64,000 nt of DNA, from positions 73,407-137,406 of the forward strand of contig CAKPYH010000004.1 of assembly GCA_934202735.1 (NCBI GenBank), written 5' to 3'. Below the pieces are notes generated by a model. That model did no database searches, had not been told where the DNA came from, and saw only the letters and a list, made by a program, of their open reading frames with translations. Positions 37,988-47,454 of this stretch are shown here, in pieces (within the stretch, counting starts at the first letter, position 1; every line of letters starts with the position of its first letter). The translations under genes were made by a program, and so were the position numbers. The stretch is from an uncultured Alphaproteobacteria bacterium. Lineage in GTDB: Bacteria; Pseudomonadota; Alphaproteobacteria; CAAHEQ01; UBA3637.

Positions 37988-39052
37988 TTATTCTTCGCTA
38001 TTTCGTATATATGAAACACCACGTGTTGTTCCTAGTTTTGTTAAATATCCTTTCTTTATCAAACTTTGCACAGATTTACGAATTGTTTCAGAATTTTTTC
38101 CCGTCTTTTTAACAATGTCAGCAATACTCATTTCTGAATTGCCTGCAAACTGGCTCATAATTTCACGTGCAGTTGGAGATAATTTATCTGTATCTACTTT
38201 TTTGATGTTTTTAATTTTATCTTCTAATGCATGTTTTTGCTTTTGAAGTGATGTGACAAAGAAGGTTAACCAAGGTTCATAATCAACCTTATCACTCCAT
38301 ATTGTTTTTTGTGTTCCACGTAAGGCCCGATAATAAGCATCTTTACTTGCTTCGATAATTGATTCCATTGAAGTATACGGCATATAACTGTATTTGTTTT
38401 TTAGCATCAATAAAATAGTCAAGGCACGTGACATACGACCATTTCCATCTGTAAATGGATGTATTGACAGGAAATGAACGAGGAATATCCCAATTGTGAT
38501 AATGGGATGCAAAAATCGATCTTCAAAAGTATCGTTTGTCCATTTAATTAATTCCCTCATCAGGTGGGGTGTATCAAAAGGAGAAGCAGTCTCAAAAATA
38601 GTTCCGATTTCTTTTCCTGTTGCATCGTAAGCAGCTACCCGATTACTATCCTTTTTGTATTCACCACGATGACGTTCATCCTTAGAAGAGTACTTCAAAA
38701 GAATTTGATGTAGCTGTTTAATATAATTTTCCGTTAGAGGGATATCATTGTAATTTTCAAATATCGTATTGATTAAATCAGAATATCCTGCAACTTCTTC
38801 CTCATCACGAGACTTAAAAAACTTTTTGTTGATATGACTAAATAACTCCTCAATTTCAGCATCGGTCATTTTATTACCTTCAATACGGTTAGAAGAACCG
38901 ACAGACTCAATCGTTGCAACCCGTTTCATAACTTTTAATTCGGCAGGTGTTAATTTAGATAAATCTATACTCCATGAACCAACGAATTGATCAATCTCAG
39001 CAATTTTATTTAACATATCTGGTGTGATAACAATATCTTTAATCCTTGGCAT
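37988..39052 (-). CDS. Fic/DOC family protein with C-terminal winged-helix domain
   Basis: HPFTDGNGRMSRA canonical Fic motif HPFx(D/E)GNGR. Confidence 0.85.
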   Translation of the reverse strand: MPRIKDIVITPDMLNKIAEIDQFVGSWSIDLSKLTPAELKVMKRVATIESVGSSNRIEGNKMTDAEIEELFSHINKKFFKSRDEEEVAGYSDLINTIFENYNDIPLTENYIKQLHQILLKYSSKDERHRGEYKKDSNRVAAYDATGKEIGTIFETASPFDTPHLMRELIKWTNDTFEDRFLHPIITIGIFLVHFLSIHPFTDGNGRMSRALTILLMLKNKYSYMPYTSMESIIEASKDAYYRALRGTQKTIWSDKVDYEPWLTFFVTSLQKQKHALEDKIKNIKKVDTDKLSPTAREIMSQFAGNSEMSIADIVKKTGKNSETIRKSVQSLIKKGYLTKLGTTRGVSYIRNSEE

Positions 39053-39131
39053 ATTGTCTCCTTTCTGCTTTACTAGATATTACCAGATATTCCCAAATAA
39101 GTCAACTAAAATTACCAGATACATAAAAATT

Positions 39132-40649
39132 TTACTCTATAGACCCTATTTTATCATTATTCGGCGACGTTTTTTCCTTCTTTCGGGTTAAATTTTCTAT
39201 TGTTAAACCTAATTCGGCGAGTTTAGCTTTTTCTCTCGCACGTTGTTCCAAAACTTCTTCCCAGTCCAAGCCTTGACCGGCACATTCGGCCTCTAATGTA
39301 GAAAGCCCGATATCCATTCGGATTTGGCAGGCCTGAGCTTCTTTGACCGGGTCAACCCAACCGCGACCTGGACCGATCCACTTACATCTTGTGTAAGCAT
39401 AGCGGTTCTCGTAAAAGTCCGGTGCATCAACCAAGCCTTTATTGACTGCTTCTTCCAGCCAAAGCTCATAAACCGGCGTAGCCCAGTAAGTTGATAGCCA
39501 TTGCCGGCGACCGTTAAAGTATCGCCAAGCCTCTAATAAAGCAGAACGGGCGAACGAGTAATTGGTCTTTGAGAAGTCTTTTAACAGCAATTCATAAGGA
39601 ATGTTCAACCCTGTGCCAATATGTCGGAGCAAGTTTTCAACGAAAGCACCATATGCCGAGTTCGGGCGAGACGGGGTAAATGGGGCGACCTTATCTCCGG
39701 GGAATATCGGGATAATCGAGCCACCCTCTAACTTAACTTGCCAATCTTTTTTGGCATTCAAGTATTCATCGCTTGAACCACCGAACAGTTCGTTTAAACC
39801 TTCATTATCCATTGGTGTTTCTATAAATGCGGCGATCATCGCGTTGACAATTGCGGCTTGAAGCTCAGATCGTTCATAATGATCCAACATTTTGAACATC
39901 GGCATTATGGAGCTCAGAACAGGTTTCCCACGGGATTAACCGATACGGTTGATGTCGTGAACGTGTAGAACTCGTCTCCGGCCAAAACTCGTGGTTGCCG
40001 GAATACGCTCCCAAGACTTTAGGTCTGTCCAAAAGTCGCCCGGGTGGTCCTTTTGAATATAGTAGGCAATCGGTGCGCCATACTGATCAATTTCAATACC
40101 ACCGCGGAGGGTCTTGCTATCCGTTTGACCGTTTGGATTTGAGAGCCGGTCCGGTTCCACCAATTGAATTGCGGTAGAGAACGGTCGATCTTTCAGCCAA
40201 AGTGGTATGGCCAAAGCCTCACCATTAATCAGGCAAGATTTGAAAACTTGTGTTGTTAGGCCATGAAAAGTTAAGGACTTGGCCGCATCACATTCAAAAG
40301 TTTCGGACCAGGATCGCCATAAACTTTCAACATGTGCCTGCCATTCTTCTTCCCATTCCTTGGTTTTGCCCAGTAGCCGATAGTCAGACTTGGCCGATAA
40401 ACGAAACCCGGTGCCGACAATGTTGTCGGACAAGGTTTGCATAGCACCGGCGGCAATTCCATGATTACGCGTTAAGTCACGCGACCGGGCAACGATCGTG
40501 TCCAATTCCGGTAGTAAGTCGCTGTCGGCTGAACCGCGGCCCGGTAGCCATGAGGCAATTTCTCGCAAAGTTTGCGAAGCTGCTTTGTGTGATGTGTCTG
40601 TCATTATTTTATCCAATAAAAAAGCCAGGTACAAAGCCCGACTTTTCAT
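39132..40649 (-). pseudogene. Lambda-type phage portal protein (gpB family) split into two ORFs
   Basis: ORF 39936-40649 matches portal N-half, ORF 39132-39905 C-half; 30-nt gap with stop. Confidence 0.65.
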
Positions 40650-40693
40650 TAATTATTTTAAAAATTAAAACCAGTTATCCATCTGAGGATAAT

Positions 40694-41920
40694 TTATTGT
40701 TTTTGACGCATTCTTTGAAGTAGCATCATCTTATTTGGCGTATCTTGTAATGTACTAATAAAAAAGTTTCTAAACGCAGTAACATCTTCTTGTTTTGGAG
40801 TAAATAATTTCCAAATATGATTTTTTAACATAAGATTTGAATCCCGTGCCGCAGGCTTCATATGAGTATTGTTATACAAATTAAGACCTATGCGCTCCGC
40901 ATAGTACTCACTTCTTATAATAGATCCGACAAAATCATTTACAGAAGGATGGCGATAGCTTTTTGATTTTAAATAACGTACATAATCAATACCTGATTTT
41001 TTTAAGTGTTCAATGGCGTGTTCCAATAACTTATGCCCCGGATAATTGAAAGGTGTCATAAAATCAAATTTACTTAAATCAAACCGCTGTTCTTTTTCAC
41101 CTACAGAAAAACGATAATAATTAATCCAATTATATTGAATCGCCCCACATAAAAAATTCAAATCAGTGTTTTTCATTTTTTCGGTAAACCAATCCATCGT
41201 CTTTCCTGTACCAACATTATCATCAAGCAACACAACAGATTTTGCTTGAGCTAATTTTTCAGGGTTAGACATTAAATCAAAAAAATCATTTTTCTGACTT
41301 AATAGCGCTAACTCTTTTTCATCTTTTATGTATGTACTTTTTAAAAAATTACTATATTCCGCTCCATACATTGATTTCAAAAAAGGTCCAATATACAGGG
41401 AACCATATCCAGGCGTAATGATATGCGCATTATCCGATAAAGATAAATTTTGACAACAAATATACAATAAAGCCTTATTATCCAACTCAATAGCTCTCTC
41501 AGCTGACATTTTATTACCAGCGGGTAAAGTATCTTTTGACGGGACTATATCATTTTTTGAAAAAATACGAATGATGTTAGTTGCATCATCTTCTAAACAT
41601 CGTTTGCTCTTTTCGTATTCGTCAGAATTACTTTTATTTATGATATATTCAGGCAAGTTTGCATAATACACTTTTGCAGAACAATTCAGCATATTTTCAA
41701 GAATCATAAAGTTTCGCTTACTTGGTTCCCGGGTCAGAAACTTCTTTAGACATTCTCGTCTATTTGAAAGTTCGGTTGCGGTTTTTGGTTCATAATAACC
41801 AGAAGACCTTGAAAGGTATTCTTTTTCCGAAATCGGCGTGACAAAACTTTCTAAACCGACCACATCTTGTAAAGTCATAATCCCTAATACGTCAAATTCA
41901 GAAAGCTCTAATTGTTCCAT
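40694..41920 (-). CDS. Type I phosphoribosyltransferase-domain protein (408 aa)
   Basis: VVLLDDNVGTGKTM = PRPP-binding motif (cf HGPRT VLIVEDIIDTGKTM). Confidence 0.55.
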   Translation of the reverse strand: MEQLELSEFDVLGIMTLQDVVGLESFVTPISEKEYLSRSSGYYEPKTATELSNRRECLKKFLTREPSKRNFMILENMLNCSAKVYYANLPEYIINKSNSDEYEKSKRCLEDDATNIIRIFSKNDIVPSKDTLPAGNKMSAERAIELDNKALLYICCQNLSLSDNAHIITPGYGSLYIGPFLKSMYGAEYSNFLKSTYIKDEKELALLSQKNDFFDLMSNPEKLAQAKSVVLLDDNVGTGKTMDWFTEKMKNTDLNFLCGAIQYNWINYYRFSVGEKEQRFDLSKFDFMTPFNYPGHKLLEHAIEHLKKSGIDYVRYLKSKSYRHPSVNDFVGSIIRSEYYAERIGLNLYNNTHMKPAARDSNLMLKNHIWKLFTPKQEDVTAFRNFFISTLQDTPNKMMLLQRMRQKQ

Positions 41921-41931
41921 ACAAATAGCCT

Positions 41932-42552
41932 TTATTTCATTTGTTTTAAAAAATGAACTAAACTATTCAATTGTTTTTCAAACTCATATCTTGTAAAAAC
42001 AGTCTCTGTCTTAGCCTCTTTCCCAATAGAATGTAAAATATAACGATCAACTTTTTCCAGCGCTTGGCGATAAAGTGGATTTTGAAGGGCAGAAATATAA
42101 ACTTCATCAACTAAATCATCATATTCAACGCTGTGGCGATTTATTTTTTCCCCTTGCCAAAAAACCTCGCCCGTTTCTTTCCAGTCATAAGAAGATGCAT
42201 TTTGAATATAAACAGCATCTAACCCCGTATAGGAAAAAACATATTTTTGCACTTGGGGCTCTGGAAATTTAATTCCTTGAAAAAAAGATTCGATACTGTG
42301 CAACTGCTCTCCCCTCAATTCAAACTCGTAAGGGAATAAGTTAGACAGCAATTTTGACAGCGGATTTTTTAATTTATAGCCAACGTTAATCCATGAATCG
42401 CAAACAGGTATAATGTTGTTTTCTTCGTCTTCCAAAGGAAAACCGTCACAAAAAGCTTTATCATGAACGTATGTAATTTCTTTTTGAGAAAAAGCATAAT
42501 TTTTCTTAAACTCTTGAAACAAGCGCAGTTCTTTTTGAATACTTCTTTTCAT
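41932..42552 (-). CDS. NADAR (YbiA-like) domain protein
   Basis: FELRGEQLHSIESFFQGIKF matches YbiA FAAWPIKVDGKTWPTSEHYFQAQKF core. Confidence 0.5.
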   Translation of the reverse strand: MKRSIQKELRLFQEFKKNYAFSQKEITYVHDKAFCDGFPLEDEENNIIPVCDSWINVGYKLKNPLSKLLSNLFPYEFELRGEQLHSIESFFQGIKFPEPQVQKYVFSYTGLDAVYIQNASSYDWKETGEVFWQGEKINRHSVEYDDLVDEVYISALQNPLYRQALEKVDRYILHSIGKEAKTETVFTRYEFEKQLNSLVHFLKQMK

Positions 42553-42639
42553 TTTTCCTCCATTTTCTTCATTCTAACTTATCTAATCTTTTTTCTCAAG
42601 AAAAATTTCAGTTTTCAAAAGAAAAACTTGTAATAAATT

Positions 42640-42876
42640 TTAAAAACTCGCTTTCAAAATCCTCCGACGACAGGTTGCTGAGCCTTCGACTGCCGCAATT
42701 TGTGATTTAAGAGAACTGATATAACTTTCAAGGGCCGTCCGGCTGGTTTGATTGTAAGTGGTGGAACCGAAATTCCCGACACTGACCGAGACTTCCTTTT
42801 CACCGATCATCAATTTATGGTAGGCTTCTTCGGCCTCAGCCAGCCTGGTTTTCAAGGTTTCTACCTTTATAGCCAT
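42640..42876 (-). CDS. Phage head-tail joining protein gpW-like
   Basis: LKTRLAEAEEAYHKLMIGEKEVSV..ESYISSLKSQIAAVEG resembles lambda W; lies between terminase and portal. Confidence 0.55.
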   Translation of the reverse strand: MAIKVETLKTRLAEAEEAYHKLMIGEKEVSVSVGNFGSTTYNQTSRTALESYISSLKSQIAAVEGSATCRRRILKASF

Positions 42877-43484
42877 GGATCATTTACCTTTGTTGGTTGA
42901 ATTTGAATGAATTTCGGTTGTTTTTTAATCTTTATCTTTTCGCTTGTTTGGGTCGGTATAGCCGATTCAAGCTCTTGCCAGCCGCGCTCGGATATCCGAT
43001 CAAGACCATATATCGCCGCACCGGCACGCGCATAAACGCGGCAGTCCAACGCTTCGTTTCTTCGAGCCGGGTCCTTTTCCCAGACCGATTTTGGATAACC
43101 GTTGGTCACCTTGACTACCTGGCGTTCGGCCGTCAGTTGTTTGAAATACTTCTCAGCGTATGCCGGGAAGTGACAGCGGCCGAACTGCGAGGCATCTTCG
43201 CCCACACGTTCTATCTTCAGCCACCGGTAAAGCTCGGTTTTGATAACCGGACCGGACACGTTCCACACCTTCAGGCCTTTCTTTTTCGTATCAGCCTTTA
43301 AAGTGGACAGGATCATCGCGGTGTCGCGGCTTTGACCTTTGATGGCGACAACAGTCCTTGGCGCATTGGCCCGGGCACCATTGCCACCCCAAGCAGCCTG
43401 ATTAAACGGACGGACAAACAAATACACATCTTGCGGGACATAAATGGTATTGAGTTTGATGTATATCCGATTTTCAAAATTCAA
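42867..43484 (-). pseudogene. C-terminal fragment of terminase large subunit (gpA-like nuclease region); N-terminus replaced by AT-rich DNA
   Basis: Position upstream of W, NEALDCRVYARAGA-type segment, only 205 aa. Confidence 0.4.
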
Positions 43485-43524
43485 ACAAATTAATAAAAAT
43501 CCTATTAGACAAGGATTAAAGTCT

Positions 43525-43941
43525 TTATTTCTTTAACCGCATGGCATTAGGAATCTGTTGAAAACCAAACTTTTTATAAAAATTCGGCAAACATGGGTTC
43601 TTTGGATCATAGAACAAACTAACCGTGGCAAAATTTTGCGCTTTAACATACTTAATGATTTCTTTCATCAAGATCGTTCCAATGCCTTGCCCATGATAAT
43701 TTGGATGAACCACAACATCATAAATCATACACATTTCTGAATCATCTACACATCGGGCAAAGCCTACAGTTTTTCTTCCATCCAATACAGACACCATAAA
43801 GGTAGATTGCTTTTTGACTACAGGCCATTGATCCGGACGATAGTTTCCCCACTTCAATAAGGAATGGATTTCGTCTATATCTTTTGTGTTAATGCGTTTT
43901 CCAATTTTAACTGATTTTTTCATTTTAACCACTCCTTGCAT
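43525..43941 (-). CDS. GNAT family N-acetyltransferase
   Basis: VVHPNYHGQGIGTILMKE motif. Confidence 0.75.
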   Translation of the reverse strand: MQGVVKMKKSVKIGKRINTKDIDEIHSLLKWGNYRPDQWPVVKKQSTFMVSVLDGRKTVGFARCVDDSEMCMIYDVVVHPNYHGQGIGTILMKEIIKYVKAQNFATVSLFYDPKNPCLPNFYKKFGFQQIPNAMRLKK

Positions 43942-44408
43942 GGGTTGCTCTGTTTTAAAATGTCTTTTAAGAAGTCATCAAATCTATTATCACAATTAGT
44001 AGCCCATCCGTACTCTGAATGTTCAGGACTTAGAGTTATCGTAGGCTCGCTTGATAATATTATTTCATAATTAAACTGAATATCATGTTTAATCCTATCT
44101 GTTTTAGAAATCTCTTCCGACACTCCTATTAACTTTACTTCTTTTTTGGAAATATCAAGGTCAACTTCCTCTTTCAATTCACGTTTAAGTGCTGAACATA
44201 AACTTTCTCCAGTTTTAACACCACCACCGGGAAATTCCCAAACATTTGGTAAAAAGTTATCTGCGGGGGATCGTTTTACAAGTAGAACTGTACCATTGTA
44301 AATGATTAATGCACAAACAGATAGTTTTATTTCTTCATTCATTAGATTAACCCCCTCTAATCCTTTTTCGTTTATCTCTTTTAACTGTTGCACCGTTAAT
44401 TTGAACAA
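43920..44408 (-). CDS. Nudix hydrolase
   Basis: GGGVKTGESLCSALKRELKEEVDL Nudix box. Confidence 0.75.
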   Translation of the reverse strand: MFKLTVQQLKEINEKGLEGVNLMNEEIKLSVCALIIYNGTVLLVKRSPADNFLPNVWEFPGGGVKTGESLCSALKRELKEEVDLDISKKEVKLIGVSEEISKTDRIKHDIQFNYEIILSSEPTITLSPEHSEYGWATNCDNRFDDFLKDILKQSNPCKEWLK

Positions 44409-44426
44409 AGCCCGACGATCCCAACG

Positions 44427-44752
44427 TTAAAAAACTTTTTTGATTTCGATACCGACTACTCCAAATTTATTTTGGGCTGCTGGTTTATAAAATTCCTCCA
44501 ACACCCTCAACAATTCTTCTTTTGAAGAAACACCTGCTCGATTAGGCTGAATAATGCTACATAACTCATCAAAATTTCGAGCGTGGTATAAATTTTTTAC
44601 AACTGCAGTAAAAGTATCGTTAGAATTTGAGGCATTGGCAAAAATGATGTTATCTCCAACCTTGATTTTTTACGCTTTTCATCAAAAAGACGCAATTCTA
44701 TAGTTTTACTACCTGATTTTAACAAATTATAATATTTTGTTTTAACATTCAT
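44427..44752 (-). pseudogene. ASCH-domain gene with frameshift in T6/A6 homopolymer
   Basis: Manual translation: MNVKTKYYNLLKSGSKTIELRLFDEKRKK (GxKxxExR) then frame change near 44666-44671, continues ..AVVKNLYHARNFDELCSI.. Confidence 0.45.
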
Positions 44753-44772
44753 GCTATGCATTATATTTCTCC

Positions 44773-45348
44773 TTGCATAATAAAAAAATAAAAGTTATAC
44801 TATCTATGTATAGCAAAAGGAGAAAAAATACGCAAATAAAAACTTATAAATCTTTTCACTCTGAACACAGTCTTTTATACAAAGATATGTTGGATTTAAC
44901 ATTGTCCATTAACAAGACTTACCCGAGATATACCGCTTGGTATAATAATACTTTTATTCCAGGATTAAAAAAGAATGAACGAATGTATATTGTCGCTTTA
45001 GACGATCAAAATATCCTTGCAGGCTGTATTTTTGCAAAAAATACACCAGATGAAAAAAAGATATGTACCTTATTCGTTAATCCTTTGTTCAAACGTCAAG
45101 GTATCGGAAAAAAGCTTTTAGAAACTGCCATAAAAGAACTAGGAGAACTACCTTTAATCACCGTATCTAGCAGAAATATTTCCCAATTAAAACCTTTATT
45201 AGATCATTTTGGTTTTCATTTATCCGCTACCAAAAAGGGAATATATGGCCAAAATGATACAGAGTTTTATTTTAATGATAAAAAAGCAGATTTAATACAA
45301 AAAGGATTACTTCCAATTCTTATTCAACAAATGCAACACTCAAGATAA
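44773..45348 (+). CDS. GNAT family N-acetyltransferase
   Basis: LFVNPLFKRQGIGKKLLETAI motif. Confidence 0.65.
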   Translation: MHNKKIKVILSMYSKRRKNTQIKTYKSFHSEHSLLYKDMLDLTLSINKTYPRYTAWYNNTFIPGLKKNERMYIVALDDQNILAGCIFAKNTPDEKKICTLFVNPLFKRQGIGKKLLETAIKELGELPLITVSSRNISQLKPLLDHFGFHLSATKKGIYGQNDTEFYFNDKKADLIQKGLLPILIQQMQHSR

Positions 45349-45495
45349 CTGTGTTAAGTCATTTTATGTTGGCAACATTTTTGCGTGTTTTGTTGCACCG
45401 TTAAATGGACAATGTGGTTTCTTTCTTTCATTAAATGTATGCGAAAAACGCCACCAACCGACGGATAATAAAAATATGGTTTCTTTTTCAATAAA

Positions 45496-46218
45496 CTATC
45501 CCCTAATTCCTAACAGGACAAAAGGAGTTGCATTATTAGGTGATAATTTATCCCTTTCTATCCAAACTGCACCATTTGAATCCAATCCATCCCCTTTTTG
45601 GGATGGCTTCCCCGCTATCATACAATCATACAGGATGCCAAAATGTTGCATAACGCCCTGTTCCCCGCTTTCTTTTGTAAAATCTGAAAAAATAACCTCT
45701 TTCTTCCTTTTGTTGCGAACAGAACACAACATGCAATTTGTTTCCTCCCTAATTTCACGAGCAACCGTTTGTTCGGGACTTTCACCTATTTCCGGACTAC
45801 CGCCGGGCAAGTCATAAAGCCCTGTATATGGCCCCCGCGCCTTCCGAATCACCAATACCTTATTTTGTTGCATAATGACACCGTAAACACCCCGATGTGT
45901 TCGCGTTACACGGCGATCACGTATAAGAAGATGGGCCTTTCCCTGCTCCAATTTATACAGATAATTTTCTATTTTTTGATTGCGATAAATTTTATGATTT
46001 GCTACCGTAATTAACACATTTTCCCCTTCTTTTTGGCGCCTTAAAATAGCGATACAGTCAGCATGACATGTTTGTCCGGAAATTTTTCCCAAAATATAAA
46101 CAGGAATTTTTGACTTATTTTTTTCCAAAAGACACCCTTGATAAACCTTTGATGATTTTTTTTCTACCTGATGAATGACAATTTTTTGTCCTAAATAATG
46201 GGTTGGAATATGATCCAT
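45496..46218 (-). CDS. Nudix hydrolase with ~110 aa N-terminal extension
   Basis: GLYDLPGGSPEIGESPEQTVAREIREETN Nudix box in C-terminal half. Confidence 0.6.
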   Translation of the reverse strand: MDHIPTHYLGQKIVIHQVEKKSSKVYQGCLLEKNKSKIPVYILGKISGQTCHADCIAILRRQKEGENVLITVANHKIYRNQKIENYLYKLEQGKAHLLIRDRRVTRTHRGVYGVIMQQNKVLVIRKARGPYTGLYDLPGGSPEIGESPEQTVAREIREETNCMLCSVRNKRKKEVIFSDFTKESGEQGVMQHFGILYDCMIAGKPSQKGDGLDSNGAVWIERDKLSPNNATPFVLLGIRG

Positions 46219-46476
46219 ACCTACTCTCCTTTACAATCAACATAATTGTTTAATAACCCAAATTTTAAAATACAAAAATTTGATTGTCAAATCTTTTTTA
46301 ATTAATTGGTTTGCAGTCATTTTTAACTTTGATGTAGAATAATTTCATTCCCAAAAGAATTAGTTGAGGAATTAGTGAAGTAATAAAATCAAGCACTTTT
46401 AAGATGATGAGTTAGATTGTTAGCGAAAATGGGTGCTTTTTGTGTTGAGTCCAATCGAACCAGCTTAAATGCTTGT

Positions 46477-46510
46477 AAATAAAAGAAAAAGTCGCCTTTA
46501 AGGGCGACTT
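46477..46510 (-). terminator. Intrinsic terminator of tRNA-Lys
   Basis: Minus strand: hairpin aagtcgcc/ggcgactt (8 bp) followed by TTTTTCTTTTATT. Confidence 0.55.
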
Positions 46511-46517
46511 ATTCAAA

Positions 46518-46594
46518 ATGGTGAGCGTGCTGGGATTCGAACCCAGGGCCACCTGATTAAAAGTCAGGTGCTCTACCAGCTGAGCTACACACTC
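46518..46594 (-). tRNA. tRNA-Lys (anticodon UUU), CCA encoded
   Basis: Manual fold: acceptor GAGTGTG/CACGCTC, anticodon loop CTTTTAA, T-arm CTGGG-TTCGAAT-CCCAG, discriminator A, CCA. Confidence 0.9.
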
Positions 46595-46612
46595 ATAAAC
46601 AAATCGTTTGGA

Positions 46613-46641
46613 AGTATAACAAAAGTTCCCGGCCTTGTCAA
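46613..46641 (-). promoter_or_regulatory. Sigma70-like promoter for tRNA-Lys (TTGACA-17-TATACT)
   Basis: Minus-strand -35 at 46636-46641, -10 at 46613-46618. Confidence 0.5.
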
Positions 46642-46746
46642 GTAGTTTTTTATCTTTTTATCATATTTTTTTAAAGACCGAACAAATTTGGAAAAACTTG
46701 CCTTTTGATTCAAACGATGATATAGTACCCGACATGAAAGGACACT

Positions 46747-47430
46747 ATGCCCGCATTTCGTAGACTTACCATTCCTGTTGACGTGGCCAAGATATTTGCC
46801 TTGATTGCCATGACGGCCGATCATGCCCCGAAAGTATTAGCTCTACCCGGGATTATCAATGACACCTTGGGTCGTATGGCTTTCCCGTTGTTTGCTTTTT
46901 TGATTATTCAAAATTACTGTCGGACACATGCTTTTTGGAAATACGCGGTGCGATTGGGGATATTTGGTGTGATGACCAGCCTGATTGTAACCCCGTTTGA
47001 TGGTACGTTCAAGAATGTTTTATTTACCTTTTTATGGGGTCTTACATTCTTGGCCGCTACCGAACATATATGTCGGCGAATCCGGTCGTTCGTTTGGCAG
47101 GCTTATTGGCTGAGTGGTATTTTATTGGCCTTGATGCCGTTGATTTTAATGTCGGATTACGGTCTGTGCGGCTTTTCGTTTTTGTTGGCTTTGTATGCGT
47201 ATCGGAGCCTTCCTAACCGAATCAACACAGTGGCCGTATTTTTAACCGCCGCTTTCTTAAACATATCGGGAATCGTACCGGTAGCCGTTACCTTGATTAC
47301 TGTCGCCGGATTGATCTACAGGGTCCGTTTGCAGGGAGGCAGCCGCTTGATCCGATGGTGGGGATTTTATGCGTACTATCCCTTGCATTTAGTCATTTTA
47401 TATGCCATCCGCACATGGTGTGGCGGTTAG
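46747..47430 (+). CDS. traX: TraX family membrane protein
   Basis: N-terminus IFALIAMTADHAPKVLAL and multi-TM profile. Confidence 0.5.
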   Translation: MPAFRRLTIPVDVAKIFALIAMTADHAPKVLALPGIINDTLGRMAFPLFAFLIIQNYCRTHAFWKYAVRLGIFGVMTSLIVTPFDGTFKNVLFTFLWGLTFLAATEHICRRIRSFVWQAYWLSGILLALMPLILMSDYGLCGFSFLLALYAYRSLPNRINTVAVFLTAAFLNISGIVPVAVTLITVAGLIYRVRLQGGSRLIRWWGFYAYYPLHLVILYAIRTWCGG

Positions 47431-47454
47431 CGAAAACACGAAAGGAGAAAAATC

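Larger units (their letters stand above)
14094..43484 (-). mobile_element. Decayed lambda-like siphovirus prophage with AT-rich moron insertions: head module fragmented, tail and lysis modules apparently intact
   Basis: Colinear terA-fragment, gpW, portal, protease, major tail, G/GT, tape measure, minor tail, K-like, I/J-like, endolysin, holin, Rz/Rz1, all minus strand, ~48% GC. Confidence 0.7.

Noticed and set aside
45476-45817. 113-aa + strand ORF overlapping the Nudix gene at 45496-46218
   Set aside because: It is antisense to a gene with a clear Nudix box and has no motifs.
46441-46464. Degenerate tRNA-3'-like sequence tgttgagtccaatcgaaccagc 55 nt from tRNA-Lys, as a second tRNA gene
   Set aside because: It is too short and lacks acceptor/anticodon arms. 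At most it is an att-site remnant (mentioned in findings).
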